DNA of 64,000 nt from the NCBI RefSeq assembly GCF_036321535.1, contig NC_087436.1, positions 3,100,001 through 3,164,000 of the forward strand, given 5' to 3'. Made by a program: the position numbers and the translations under genes. Under the pieces are notes generated by a model. The model had not been told where the DNA came from. It made no database searches and saw nothing but the letters and a program-made list of their open reading frames with translations. The DNA is from Camelus dromedarius. Lineage: Eukaryota. This document shows positions 12,301 through 25,590 of this stretch, piece after piece (positions within the stretch are counted from its first letter, which is position 1; every line of letters begins with the position of its first letter).

Positions 12301-15300
12301 TTTGAAGTTCCTGCAGGTTTCACTATAAAACAGATTTGGAGCTAGTACCTCCCCATATATATGTATGGAGTGGAGATTGCAACTGAAAAGAAACTTTGTG
12401 TTCCCAACAAGCTAGTTGAAGGACGGCTTTCACACACAGTTTAATCTCAGAACTGAGCATGTGGAGAGACGTTCGTTCATCTAGCACAAAGGAAACGTGT
12501 TGCAGGAGAAACTTTTACTCTGGTTTCTCAGTCTGTTTCCTAGTACCGGTTTGAAGTTCCTTTAGTTTTCACTGTAAAACCGATTTGGAGCTAGTACCTC
12601 CCCATATATTTGTATAGAGTGGAGTTTGCAACTGAAAAGAAACTTTGTGTTCCCAAGAAGCTAGGTGAAGAACGGCTTTCACACACACTTATCTCTGAGA
12701 ACTGAGCATGTGGAGAGACGTTCGTTCATCTAGCACAAATGGAACAGTTTGCCGGAGAAACTTTTACTCTGGTTTCTCAGTCTGATTCCTAGGGCCGGTT
12801 TGAAGTTCCTGCAGTTTTCACTGTAAAACCGAGTTGGAGCTAGTACCTCCCCATATATTTGTATGGAGTGGAGTTTGCAACTGAAAAAAAACTTTGTATC
12901 CCAACAAGCTAGGTGAAGAACGGCTTTTAAACACACTTATCTCTGAGAACTGAGCATGTGGAGAGACGTTCGTTCATCTAGCACAAAGGGAACAGTTTGC
13001 GGGAGAAAATTTTACTCTGGTTTCTCAGTCTGATTCCTAGTGCCGGTTTGAAGTTCCTGCAGTTTTCACTGTAAAACCGAGTTGGAGCTAGTACTTCACC
13101 ATATATTTGTATGAAGTGGAGTTTGCAACTGAAAAGAAACTTTGTGATCCCAACAAGCTAGTTGAAGGACGGCTTTTACACACACTTATCTCTCAGAACT
13201 GAGCATGTGGAGAGACGTTCGTTCATCTAGCACAAAGGGAACGGGTTGCAACAGAAACTTTTACTCTGGTTTCTCAGTCTGTTTCCTAGTGCCGCTTTGA
13301 ATTTCCTGCACTTTTCACTGTAAAACCGTGTTGGAGCTAGTACCTCCCCATATATACGTATGGAGTGGAGTTTGCAAGTGAAAAGAAACTTTGTGTTCCC
13401 AACAAGCTAGGTGAAGGACGGCTTTCACACACACTTATCTCTCACAACTGAGCATGTGGAGAGACGTTCGTTCATCTAGCACAAAGGTAACGGATTGCAG
13501 GAGAAACTTTTAAACTGGTTTCTCAGTCTGTTTCCTAGTGCCGATTTGAAGTTCCTGCAGTTTTCACTGTAAAACCGAGTTGGAGCTAGTACCTCCCATA
13601 TATATATTTATGGATTGGAGTTTGCAAGTGAAAAGAAACTTTGTGTTCCCAACAAGCTAGGTGAAGGACGGCTTACACACACTTATCTCTCAGACCTGAG
13701 CATGTGGAGAGACTTTCTTTCATCTAGCACAAAGGGAACGGGTGCAGGAGAAACTTTTACTCTGGTTTCTCAGTCTGTTTTCTAGTGCCGGTTTAAGTTC
13801 CTGCAGTATTCACTGTAAAACATATTTGGAGCTAGTACCTCCCCATATATATGTATGGAGTGGAGTTTGCAACTGAAAAAAAACTTTGTATCCCAACAAG
13901 CTAGGTGAAGAACGGCTTTTAAACACACTTATCTCTGAGAACTGAGCATGTGGAGAGACGTTCGTTCATCTAGCACAAAGGGAACAGTTTGCGGGAGAAA
14001 ATTTTACTCTGGTTTCTCAGTCTGATTCCAAGTGCCGGTTTGAAGTTCCTGCAGTTTTCACTGTAAAACCGAGTTGGAGCTTGTACTTCACCATATATTT
14101 GTATGAAGTGGAGTTTGCAACTGAAAAGAAACTTTGTGTTCCCAACAAGCTAGTTGAAGGACGGCTTTTACACACACTTATCTCTCAGAACTGAGCATGT
14201 GGAGAGACGTTCGTTCATCTAGCACAAAGGGAACGGGTTGCAACAGAAACTTTTACTCTGGTTTCTCAGTCTGTTTCCTAGTGCCGCTTTGAAGTTCCTG
14301 CAGTTTTCACTGTAAAACCGTGTTGGAGCTAGTACCTCCCCATATATACGTATGGAGTGGAGTTTGCAAGTGAAAAGAAACTTTGTGTTCCCAACAAGCT
14401 AGGTGAAGGACGGCTTTCACACACACTTATCTCTCAGAACTGAGCATGTGGAGAGACGTTCGTTCATCTAGCACAAAGGTAACGGATTGCAGGAGAAACT
14501 TTTAAACTGGTTTCTCAGTCTGTTTCCTAGTGCCGATTTGAAGTTCCTGCAGTTTTCACTGTAAAACCGAGTTGGAGCTAGTACCTCCCATATATATATT
14601 TATGGATTGGAGTTTGCAAGTGAAAAGAAACTTTGTGTTCCCAACAAGCTATGTGAAGGACGGCTTTCACACACACTTATCTCTCAGACCTGAGCATGTG
14701 GAGAGACTTTCTTTCATCTAGCACAAAGGGAACGGTTGCAGGAGAAACTTTTACTCTGGTTTCTCAGTCTGTTTTCTAGTGCCGGTTTAAGTTCCTGCAG
14801 TATTCACTGTAAAACATATTTGGAGCTAGTACCTCCCCATATATATGTATGGAGTGGAGTTTGCAAGTGAAAAGAAACTTTGTGTTCCCAACAAGCTAGG
14901 TGAAGGACGGCTTTCACACACACTTATCTATGAGAACTTAGCATGTGGAGAGACGTTCGTTCTCTAGCACAAAAGGAACAGTTTGCAGGAGAAACTTTAA
15001 CTCTGGTTTCTCAGTCTGTTTCCTAGTTCCGGTTGAAGTTCCTGCAGTTTTCACTGTATAACCGAGTTGGAGCTATACCTCCCCATATATATATATGGAG
15101 TGGAGTTTGCAAGTGAAAAGAAACTTTGTCTTCCCAACAAGCTATGTGAAGAACGGCTTTCACACACAATTATCTCTGAGAACTGAGAATGTGGAGAGAC
15201 GTTCGTTCATCTAGCACAAAGGGAAGAGTTTGCTGGAAAAACTTTTACTCTTGTTTCTCAGTCTGTTTCCTAGTGCCGGTTGAAGTTCCTGCAGTTTTCA

Positions 15301-18300
15301 CTGTAAAACCGAGTTGGAGCTAGTACCTCCCCATATATTTGTATGGAGTGGAGTTTGCAACTGAAAAGAAACTTTGTGTTCCCAACATGCTAGGTGAAGG
15401 ACGGCTTTTAAACACACTTTTCTCTCAGAACTGAGCATTTGGAGAGACGTTCGTTCATCTAGAACAAAGGGAAAGGTTTGCAACAGAAACTATTACTCTG
15501 GTTTCTCAGTCTATTTCCAAGTGCCGGTTTGAAGTTCCTGCAGGTTTCACTATAAAACCGATTTGGAGCTAGTACCTCCCCATATATATGTATGGAGTGG
15601 AGATTGCAACTGAAAAGAAACTTTGTGTTCCCAACAAGCTAGTTGAAGGACGGCTTTCACACACAGTTTAATCTCAGAACTGAGCATGTGGAGAGACGTT
15701 CGTTCATCTAGCACAAAGGAAACGTGTTGCAGGGGAAACTTTTACTCTGGTTTCTCAGTCTGTTTCCTAGTACCGGTTTGAAGTTCCTTTAGTTTTCACT
15801 GTAAAACCGATTTGGAGCTAGTACCTCCCCATATATAAGTATGGAGTGGAGTTTGCAACTGAAAAGAAACTTTGAGTTTCCAACAAGGTAGGTGAAGGAC
15901 GGCTTTCACACACAGTTAACTCTCAGAACTGAGCATGTGGAGAGACGTTCGTTCATCTAGCACAAAGGAAACGGGTTGCAGGGGAAAGTTTTACTCTGGA
16001 TTCTCAGTCTGTTTCCTAGTGCCCGTTTGAAGTTCCTGTAATTTTCACTGTAAACCGTGTTGGAGATAGTACCTCCCATATATATATGTATGGAATGGAG
16101 TTTGAAAGTGAAAAGAAACTTTGTGTTCCCAAGAAGCTAGGTGAAGGACGGCTTTCACACACACTTATCTCTCAGAACTGAGCATGTGGAAAGACGTTCC
16201 CTCATCTAGCACGAAGAGAACGGGTTGCAGGAGAAACTTTTCTCTGGTTTCTCAGTATATTTCCTAGTGCCGGTTTGAAGTTCCTGCATGTTTCACTGTA
16301 AAACCGAGTTGGAGCTAGTACTTCCCCATATATATTTATGGAGTGGAGTTTGCAACTGAAAATAAACATTGTGTTCCCAACAAGCTAGGTTAAGAACGGC
16401 TTTCACACACACATATATCTCAGAACTGAGCATGTGGAGAGACTTTCGTTCATCTAGCACAAAGGGAACTGGTTGCAGGAGAAACTTTTACTCTGGTTTC
16501 TCAGTATGTTTCCTGTTGCCGCTTTGAAGTTCCTGCAGTTTTCACTGTAAAACCGAGTTGGAGCTAGTACATCCCCATAAATATGTATGGAGTGGAGTTT
16601 GCAACTGTAAAGAAACTTTGTGTTCCCAACAAGCTAGGTGAAGGACGGCTTTCACACACAATTATCTCTCAGAACTGAGCATGTGGAGAGACGTTCGTTC
16701 ATCTAGCACAAAGGGAACGGGTTGCAGGAGAAACTTTTACCCTGGTTTCTCAGTCTGTTTCCTAGTGCCGGTTTGAAGTTCCTGAAGGTTTCACTGTAAA
16801 ACCGAGTTGGAGTTAGTACCTCCCCATATATATGTATGGAGTGGAGATTGCAATTGAAGAGAAAATTTGTGTTCCCAAAAAGCTATGTGAAGGACGGCTT
16901 TCACACACAGTTAACTCTCAGATATGAGCATGTGGAGAGACGTTCGTTCATCTTGCAAAAATGGAACGGTTTGCAGGAGAAATTTTACTCTGGTTTCTCA
17001 GTCTGTTTCCTAGTACCGGTTTGAAGTTCCTGCAGGTTTCACTGTAAAACCGAGTTGGAGCTAGTACCTCCCCATATATTTGTATGGAGTGGAGTTTGCA
17101 ACTGAAAAGAAACTTTGTGTTCCCAACATGCTAGGTGAAGGTCGGCTTTTAAACACACTTTTCTCTCAGAACTGAGCATGTGGAGAGACGTTCGTTCATC
17201 TAGAACAAAGGGAAAGGTTTGCAACAGAAACTATTACTCTGGTTTCTCAGTCTATTTCCAAGTGCCGGTTTGAAGTTCCTGCAGGTTTCACTATAAAACC
17301 GATTTGGAGCTAGTACCTCCCCATATATATGTATGGAGTGGAGATGGCAACTGAAAAGAAACTTTGTGTTCCCAACAAGCTAGTTGAAGGACGGCTTTCA
17401 CACACAGTTTAATCTCAGAACTGAGCATGTGGAGAGACGTTCGTTCATCTAGCACAAAGGAAACGTGTTGCAGGTTAAACTTTTACTCTGGTTTCTCAGT
17501 CTGTTTCCTAGTACCGGTTTGAAGTTCCTTTAGTTTTCACTGTAAAACCGATTTGGAGCTAGTACCTCCCCATATATAAGTATGGAGTGGAGTTTGCAAC
17601 TGAAAAGAAACTTTGAGTTTCCAACAAGGTAGGTGAAGGACGGCTTTCACACACAGTTAACTCTCAGAACTGAGCATGTGGAGAGACGTTCGTTCATCTA
17701 GCACAAAGGAAACGGGTTGCAGGGGAAAGTTTTACTCTGGATTCTCAGTCTGTTTCCTAGTGCCCGTTTGAAGTTCCTGTAGTTTTCACTGTAAACCGTG
17801 TTGGAGATAGTACCTCCCATATATATATGTATGGAATGGAGTTTGAAAGTGAAAAGAAACTTTGTGTTCCCAAGAAGCTAGGTGAAGGACGGCTTTCACA
17901 CACACTTATCTCTCAGAACTGAGCATGTGGAAAGACGTTCCCTCATCTAGCACGAAGAGAACGGGTTGCAGGAGAAACTTTTCTCTGGTTTCTCAGTATA
18001 TTTCCTAGTGCCGGTTTGAAGTTCCTGCATGTTTCACTGTAAAACCGAGTTGGAGCTAGTACTTCCCCATATATATTTATGGAGTGGAGTTTGCAACTGA
18101 AAATAAACTTTGTGTTCCCAACAAGCTAGGTTAAGAACGGCTTTCACACACACATATATCTCAGAACTGAGCATGTGGAGAGACTTTCGTTCATCTAGCA
18201 CAAAGGGAACTGGTTGCAGGAGAAACTATTACTCTGGTTTCTCAGTATGTTTCCTGTTGCCGCTTTGAAGTTCCTGCAGTTTTCACTGTAAAACCGAGTT

Positions 18301-21300
18301 GGAGCTAGTACATCCCCATAAATATGTATGGAGTGGAGTTTGCAACTGTAAAGAAACTTTGTGTTCCCAACAAGCTAGGTGAAGGACGGCTTTCACACAC
18401 AATTATCTCTCAGAACTGAGCATGTGGAGAGACGTTCGTTCATCTAGCACAAAGGGAACGGGTTGCAGGAGAAACTTTTACCCTGGTTTCTCAGTCTGTT
18501 TCCTAGTGCCGGTTTGAAGTTCCTGAAGGTTTCACTGTAAAACCGAGTTGGAGCTAGTACCTCCCCATATATATGTATGGAGTGGAGATTGCAATTGAAG
18601 AGAAAATTTGTGTTCCCAAAAAGCTATGTGAAGGACGGCTTTCACACACAGTTAACTCTCAGATATGAGCATGTGGAGAGACGTTCGTTCATCTTGCAAA
18701 AATGGAACGGTTTGCAGGAGAAATTTTACTCTGGTTTCTCAGTCTGTTTCCTAGTACCGGTTTGAAGTTCCTGCAGGTTTCACTGTAAACCCGAGTTGGA
18801 GCTAGTACCTCACAATATATATGTATGGAGTGGAGTTTGCAACTGAAAAGAAACTTTGTGTTCCCAACAAGCTAGGTGAAGGACGGCTTTCACACACAAT
18901 TATCTCTCAGAACTGAGCATGTGGAGAGACGTTCGTTCATCTAGCACTAAGGAAACTGTTTCCAGGAGAAACTTTTACTCTGGGTTCTCATTCTGTTTCC
19001 TAGTGCCAGTTTGAAGTTCCTGCAGTTTTCACTGTAAAACCGAGTTGGAGCTAGTACCTCCCCATATATATGTATGGAGTGGAGTTTGCAATTGAAGAGA
19101 AACTTTGTGTTCCCAACAAGCTATGTGAAGGACGGCTTTCACACACAGTTAACTCTCAGAAGTGAGCATGTGGAGAGACGTTCGTTCATCTAGCACAAAG
19201 GAAACGGTTTGCAGGAGAAACTTTTACTCTGGTTTCTCATTCTATTTCCTAGTGCCAGTTTGAAGTTCCTGCAGTTTTCACTGTAAAAACGAATTGGAGC
19301 TAGTACCTCCCCATATATAAGTATGGAGTGGAGTTTGCAAATGAAAAGAAACTTTGTGTTCCCAACAAGCAATGTGAAGGACGGCTTTCACACACAGTTA
19401 ACTCTCAGATCTGAGCATGTGGAGACACGTTCGTTCATCTAGCACAAAGGAAACGTTTTGCAGGGGAAACTTTTACTCTGGTTTCTCAGTCTGTTTCCTA
19501 GTACCGGTTTGAAGTTCCTTTAGTTTTCACTGTAAAACCGAGTTGGAGCTAGTACCTCCCCATATATATGTATGGAGTGGAGTTTGCAACAGAAAAGAAG
19601 CTTTGTGTTCCAAACAAGCTAGGTGAAGAACGGCTTTCACACACACTTATCTCTCAGAACTGAGCATGTGGAGAGACGTTCGTTCATCTTGCACAAAAGG
19701 AACGGTTTGCAGGAGAAATTTTACTCTGGTTTCTCAGTCTTTTTCCTAGTACCGGATTGTTGTTCCTGCAGTTTTCACTGTAAAACCGAGTTGGAGCTAT
19801 TACCTCCCCATATATATGTATGGAGTGGAGTTTGCAAATGAAAAGAAACTTTGTGTTCCCAAGAAGCTATGTGAAATACGGCTTTCACACACACTTATCT
19901 CTCAGAACTGAGCATGTGGAGAGACGTTCATTCATTCTGCACAAAGAGAAAGTTTTGCAGGAGAAACTTTTACTCTGGTTTCTCAGTCTATTTCCAAGTG
20001 CCGGTTTGAAGTTCCTGCAGGTTTCACTGTAAAACCGATTTGGAGCTAGATCCTCCCCATATATATGTATGGAGTGGAGTTTGCAACTGAAAAGAAACTT
20101 TGTGTTCCCAACAAGCTAGTTGAAGGATGGCTTTCACACACAGTTATCTCTCAGAAATGAGCATGTGGAGAGACTTTCGTTCATCTAGCACAAAGGAAAC
20201 GTGTTGCAGGGGAAACTTTTACTCAGGTTTCTCAGTCTGTTTCCTAGTACCGGTTTGAAGTTCCTTTAGTTTTCACTGTAAAATCGAGTTGGAGCTAGTA
20301 CTTCACCATATATTTGTATGAAGTGGAGTTTGCAACTGAAAAGAAACTTTGTGTTCCCAACAAGTTAGTTGAAGGACGGCTTTTACACACACTTATCTCT
20401 CAGAACTGAGCATGTGGAGAGACGTTCGTTTATCTAGCACAAAGGGAACGGGTTGCAACAGAAACTTTTACTCTGGTTTCTCAGTCTGTTTCCTAGTGCC
20501 GCTTTGAAGTTCCTGCAGTTTTCACTGTAAAACCGTGTTGGAGCTAGTACCTCCCCATATATACGTATGGAGTGGAGTTTGCAAGTGAAAAGAAACTTTG
20601 TGTTCCCAACAAGCTAGGTGAAGGACGGCTTTCACACACACTTATCTCTCAGAACTGAGCATGTGGAGAGACGTTCGTTCATCTAGCACAAAGGTAACGG
20701 ATTGCAGGAGAAACTTTAAACTGGTTTCTCAGTCTGTTTCCTAGTGCCGATTTGAAGTTCCTGCAGTTTTCACTGTAAAACCGAGTTGGAGCTAGTACCT
20801 CCCATATATATATTTATGGATTGGAGTTTGCAAGTGAAAAGAAACTTTGTGTTCCCAACAAGCTAGGTGAAGTACGGCTTTCACACACACTTATCTCTCA
20901 GACCTGAGCATGTGGAGAGACTTTCTTTCATCTAGCACAAAGGGAACGGGTGCAGGAGAAACTTTTACTCTGGTTTCTCAGTCTGTTTTCTAGTGCCGGT
21001 TTAAGTTCCTGCAGTTTTCACTGTAAAACATATTTGGAGCTAGTACCTCCCCATATATATGTATGGAGTGGAGTTTGCAAGTGAAAAGAAACTTTGTGTT
21101 CCCAACAAGCTAGGTGAAGGGCGGCTTTCACACACACTTATCTATGAGAACTTAGCATGTGGAGAGACGTTCGTTCTCTAGCACAAAAGGAACAGTTTGC
21201 AGGAGAAACTTTTACTCTGGTTTCTCAGTCTGTTTCCTAGTTCCGGTTGAAGTTCCTGCAGTTTTCACTGTATAACCGAGTTGGAGCTATACCTCCCCAT

Positions 21301-24300
21301 ATATATATATGGAGTGGAGTTTGCAAGTGAAAAGAAACTTTGTCTTCCCAACAAGCTATGTGAAGAACGGCTTTCACACACACTTATCTCTGAGAACTGA
21401 GAATGTGGAGAGACTTTCGTTCATCTAGCACAAAGGGAAGAGTTTGCTGGAAAAACTTTTACTCTTGTTTCTCAATCTGTTTCCTAGTGCCGGTTGAAGT
21501 TCCTGCAGTTTTCACTGTAAAACCGAGTTGGAGCTAGTACCTCCCCATATATTTGTATGGAGTGGAGTTTGCAACTGAAAAGAAACTTTGTGTTCCCAAC
21601 AAGCTAGGTGAAGGACGGCTTTTAAACACACTTTTCTCTCAGAACTGAGCATGTGGAGAGACGTTCGTTCATCTAGAACAAAGGGAAACGTTTGCAACAG
21701 AAACTATTACTCTGGTTTCTCAGTCTATTTCCAAGTGCCGGTTTGAAGTTCCTGCAAGTTTCACTATAAAACAGATTTGGAGCTAGTACCTCCCCATATA
21801 TATGTATGGAGTGGAGATTGCAACTGAAAAGAAACTTTGTGTTCCCAACAAGCTAGTTGAAGGACGGCTTTCACACACAGTTTAAACTCAGAACTGAGCA
21901 TGTGGAGAGACGTTCGTTCATCTAGCACAAAGGAAACGTGTTGCAGGAGAAACTTTTACTCTGGTTTCTCAGTCTGTTTCCTAGTACCGGTTTGAAGTTC
22001 CTTTAGTTTTCACTGTAAAACCGATTTGGAGCTAGTACCTCCCCATATATAAGTATGGAGTGGAGATTGCAACTGAAAAGAAACTTTGTGTTCCCAACAA
22101 GCTAGTTGAAGGACGGCTTTCACACACACTTATCTCTCAGAACTGAGCATGTGGAAAGACGTTCCCTCATCTAGCACAAAGAGAACGGGTTGCAGGAGAA
22201 ACTTTTCTCTGGTTTCTCAGTCTATTTCCTAGTGCCGGTTTGAAGTTCCTGCATGTTTCACTGTAAAACCGAGTTGGAGCTAGTACTTCCCCATATATAT
22301 TTATAGAGTGGAGTTTGCAACTGAAAATAAACTTTGTGTTCCCAACAAGCTAGGTTAAGAACGGCTTTCACACACACATATATCTCAGAACTGAGCTTGT
22401 GGAGAGACTTTCGTTCATCTAGAACAAAGGGAACTGGTTGCAGGAGAAACTTTTACTCTGGTTTCTCAGTATGTTTCCTGTTGCCGCTTTGAAGTTCCTG
22501 CAGTTTTCACTGTAAAACCGAGTTGGAGCTAGTACCTCCCCATAAATATGTATGGAGTGGAGTTTGCAACTGTAAAGAAACTTTGTGTTCCCAACAAGCT
22601 AGGTGAAGGACGGCTTTCACACACAATTATCTCTCAGAACTGAGCATGTGGAGAGACGTTCGTTCATCTAGCACAAAGGGAACGGGTTGCAGGAGAAACT
22701 TTTACCCTGGTTTCTCAGTCTGTTTCCTAGTGCCGGTTTGAAGTTCCTGAAGGTTTCACTGTAAAACCGAGTTGGAGCTAGTACCTCCCCATATATATGT
22801 ATGGAGTGGAGATTGCAATTGAAGAGAAAATTTGTGTTCCCAAAAAGCTATGTGAAGGACGGCTTTCACACACAGTTAACTCTCAGATTTGAGCATGTGG
22901 AGAGACGTTCGTTCATCTAGCACAAAGGAAACGTGTTGCAGGGGAAACTATTATTCTGGTTTCTCAGTCTGTTTCCTAGTACCGGTTTGAAGTTCCTTTA
23001 GTTTTCACTGTAAAACCGAGTTGGTGCTAGTACCACCCCATATATATGTATGGAGTGGAGTTTGCAACTGAAAAGAAGCTTTGTGTTCCAAACAAGCTAG
23101 GTGAAGGACGGCTTTCACACACACTTATCTCTCAGAACTGAGCATGTGGAGAGACGTTCGTTCATCTTGCAAAAATGGAACAGTTTGCAGGAGAAATTTT
23201 ACTCTGGTTTCTCAGTCTGTTTCCTAGTACCGGTTTGAAGTTCCTGCAGGTTTCACTGTAAAACCGAGTTGGAGCTAGTTCCTCACCATATATATGTATG
23301 GAGTGGAGTTTGCAACTGAAAAGAACCTTTGTGTTCCCAACAAGCTAGGTGAAGGACGGCTTTCACACACAATTATCTCTCAGAACTGAGCATGTGGAGA
23401 GACGTTCGTTCATCTAGCACTAAAGAAACTGTTTGCAGGAGAAACTTTTACTCTGGGTTCTCATTCTGTTTCCTAGTGCCAGTTTGAAGTTCCTGCAGTT
23501 TTCACTGTAAAACCGAGTTGGAGCTAGTACCTCCCCATATATATGTATGGAGTGGAGTTTGCAATTGAAGAGAAACTTTGTGTTCCCAACAAGCTATGTG
23601 AAGGACGGCTTTCACACACAGTTAACTCTCAGAACTGAGCATGTGGAGAGACGTTCGTTCATCTAGCACAAAGGAAACGGTTTGCAGGAGAAACTTTTAC
23701 TCTGGTTTCTCATTCTATTTCCTAGTGCCAGTTTGAAGTTCCTGCAGTTTTCACTGTAAAAAAGAATTGGAGCAAGTACCTCCCCATATATAAGTATGGA
23801 GTGGAGTTTGCAAATGAAAAGAAACTTTGTGTTCCCAACAAGCAATGTGAAGGACGGCTTTCACACACAGTTAACTCTCAGAACTGAGCATGTGGAGACA
23901 CGTTCGTTCATCTAGCACAAAGGAAACATTTTGCAGGGGAAACATTTACTCTGGTTTCTCAGTCTGTTTCCTAGTACCGGTTTGAAGTTCCTTTAGTTTT
24001 CACTGTAAAACCGAGTTGGAGCTAGTACCTCCCCATATATATGTATGGAGTGGAGTTTGCAACAGAAAAGAAGCTTTGTGTTCCAAACAAGCTAGGTGAA
24101 GAACGGCTTTCACACACACTTATCTCTCAGAACTGAGCATGTGGAGAGACGTTCGTTCATCTTGCAGAAAAGGAACGGTTGGCAGGAGAAATTTTACTCT
24201 GGTTTCTCAGTCTTTTTCCTAGTACCGGATTGTTGTTCCTGCAGTTTTCACTGTAAAACCGAGTTGGAGCTATTACCTCCCCATATATATGTATGGAGTG

Positions 24301-25590
24301 GAGTTTGCAAATGAAAAGAAACTTTGTGTTCCCAAGAAGCTATGTGAAAGACGGCTTTCACACACACTTATCTCTCAGAACTGAGCATGTGGAGAGACGT
24401 TCATTCATTCTGCACAAAGAGAAAGGTTTGCAGGAGAAACTTTTACTCTGGTTTCTCAGTCTATTTCCAAGTGCCGGTTTGAAGTTCCTGCAGGTTTCAC
24501 TGTAAAACCGATTTGGAGCTAGATCCTCCCCATATATATGTATGGAGTGGAGTTTGCAACTGAAAAGAAACTTTGTGTTCCCAACAAGCTAGTTGAAGGA
24601 CGGCTTTCACACACAGTTATCTCTCAGAACTGAGCATGTGGAGAGACTTTCGTTCATCTAGCACAAAGGAAACGTGTTGCAGGGGTAACTTTTACTCAGG
24701 TTTCTCAGTCTGTTTCCTAGTACCGGTTTGAAGTTCCTTTAGTTTTCACTGTAAAACCGAGTTGGAGCTAGTACCTCCCCATATATATGTATGGAGTGGA
24801 GTTTGCAACTGAAAAGAAGCTTTGTGTTCCCAACAAGCTTGGTGAAGTACGGCTTTCACACACACTTATCTCTCAGAACTGAGCATGTGGAGAGACGTTC
24901 GTTCATCTAGAACAAAGGGAACGGGTTGCAGGAGAAACTTTTATTCTGATTTCTCATTCTGTTTCCTAGTTCCGGTTTTAAGTTCCTGCAGTTTTCATTG
25001 TAAAACCGATTTGGAGCTAGAACCTACCCATATATAAGTATGGAGTGGAGTTTGCAACTGAAAAGAAACTTTGAGTTTCCAACAAGCTAGATGAAGGACG
25101 GCATTCACACACATTTAACTCTCAGAACTGAGCATGTGGGGAGACGTTCGTTCATCTAGCACAAAGGAAACGCGTTGCAGGGGAAAGTTTTACTCTGGAT
25201 TCTCAGTCTGTTTCCTAGTGCCCGTTTGAAGTTCCTGTAGTTTTCACTGTAAAACCGAGTTGGAGATAGTACCTCCCATATATATATGTATGGAGTTGAG
25301 TTTGAAAGTGAAAAGAAACTTTGTGTTCCCAAGAAGCTAGGTGAAGGACGGCTTTCACACACAATTATCTCTCAGAACTGAGCATGTGGAGAGACGTTCC
25401 CTCATCTAGCACAAAGAGAACGGGTTGCAGGAGAAACTTTTCTCTGGTTTCTCAGTCTATTTCCTAGTGCCGGTTTGAAGTTCCTGCATGTTTCACTGTA
25501 AAACCGAGTTGGAGCTAGTACATCCCCATAAATATGTATGGAGTGGAGTTTGCAACTGTAAAGAAACTTTGTGTTCCCAACAAGCTAGGT

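Larger units (their letters stand above)
3146..22049 (+). repeat. Near-identical tandem duplication of a 38-monomer block (unit ~9,441 bp; copies ~3146-12586 and ~12587-22049)
   Basis: Constant 9440-9441 offset between paired ORF-track entries (3290/12730, 5857/15298, 7395/16836, 9136/18577, 9749/19190, 10182/19623, 12071/21512). Private variants are shared, e.g. GCTTACACACACTTATCTCTCAGACC at 4231 and 13671. Confidence 0.95.
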
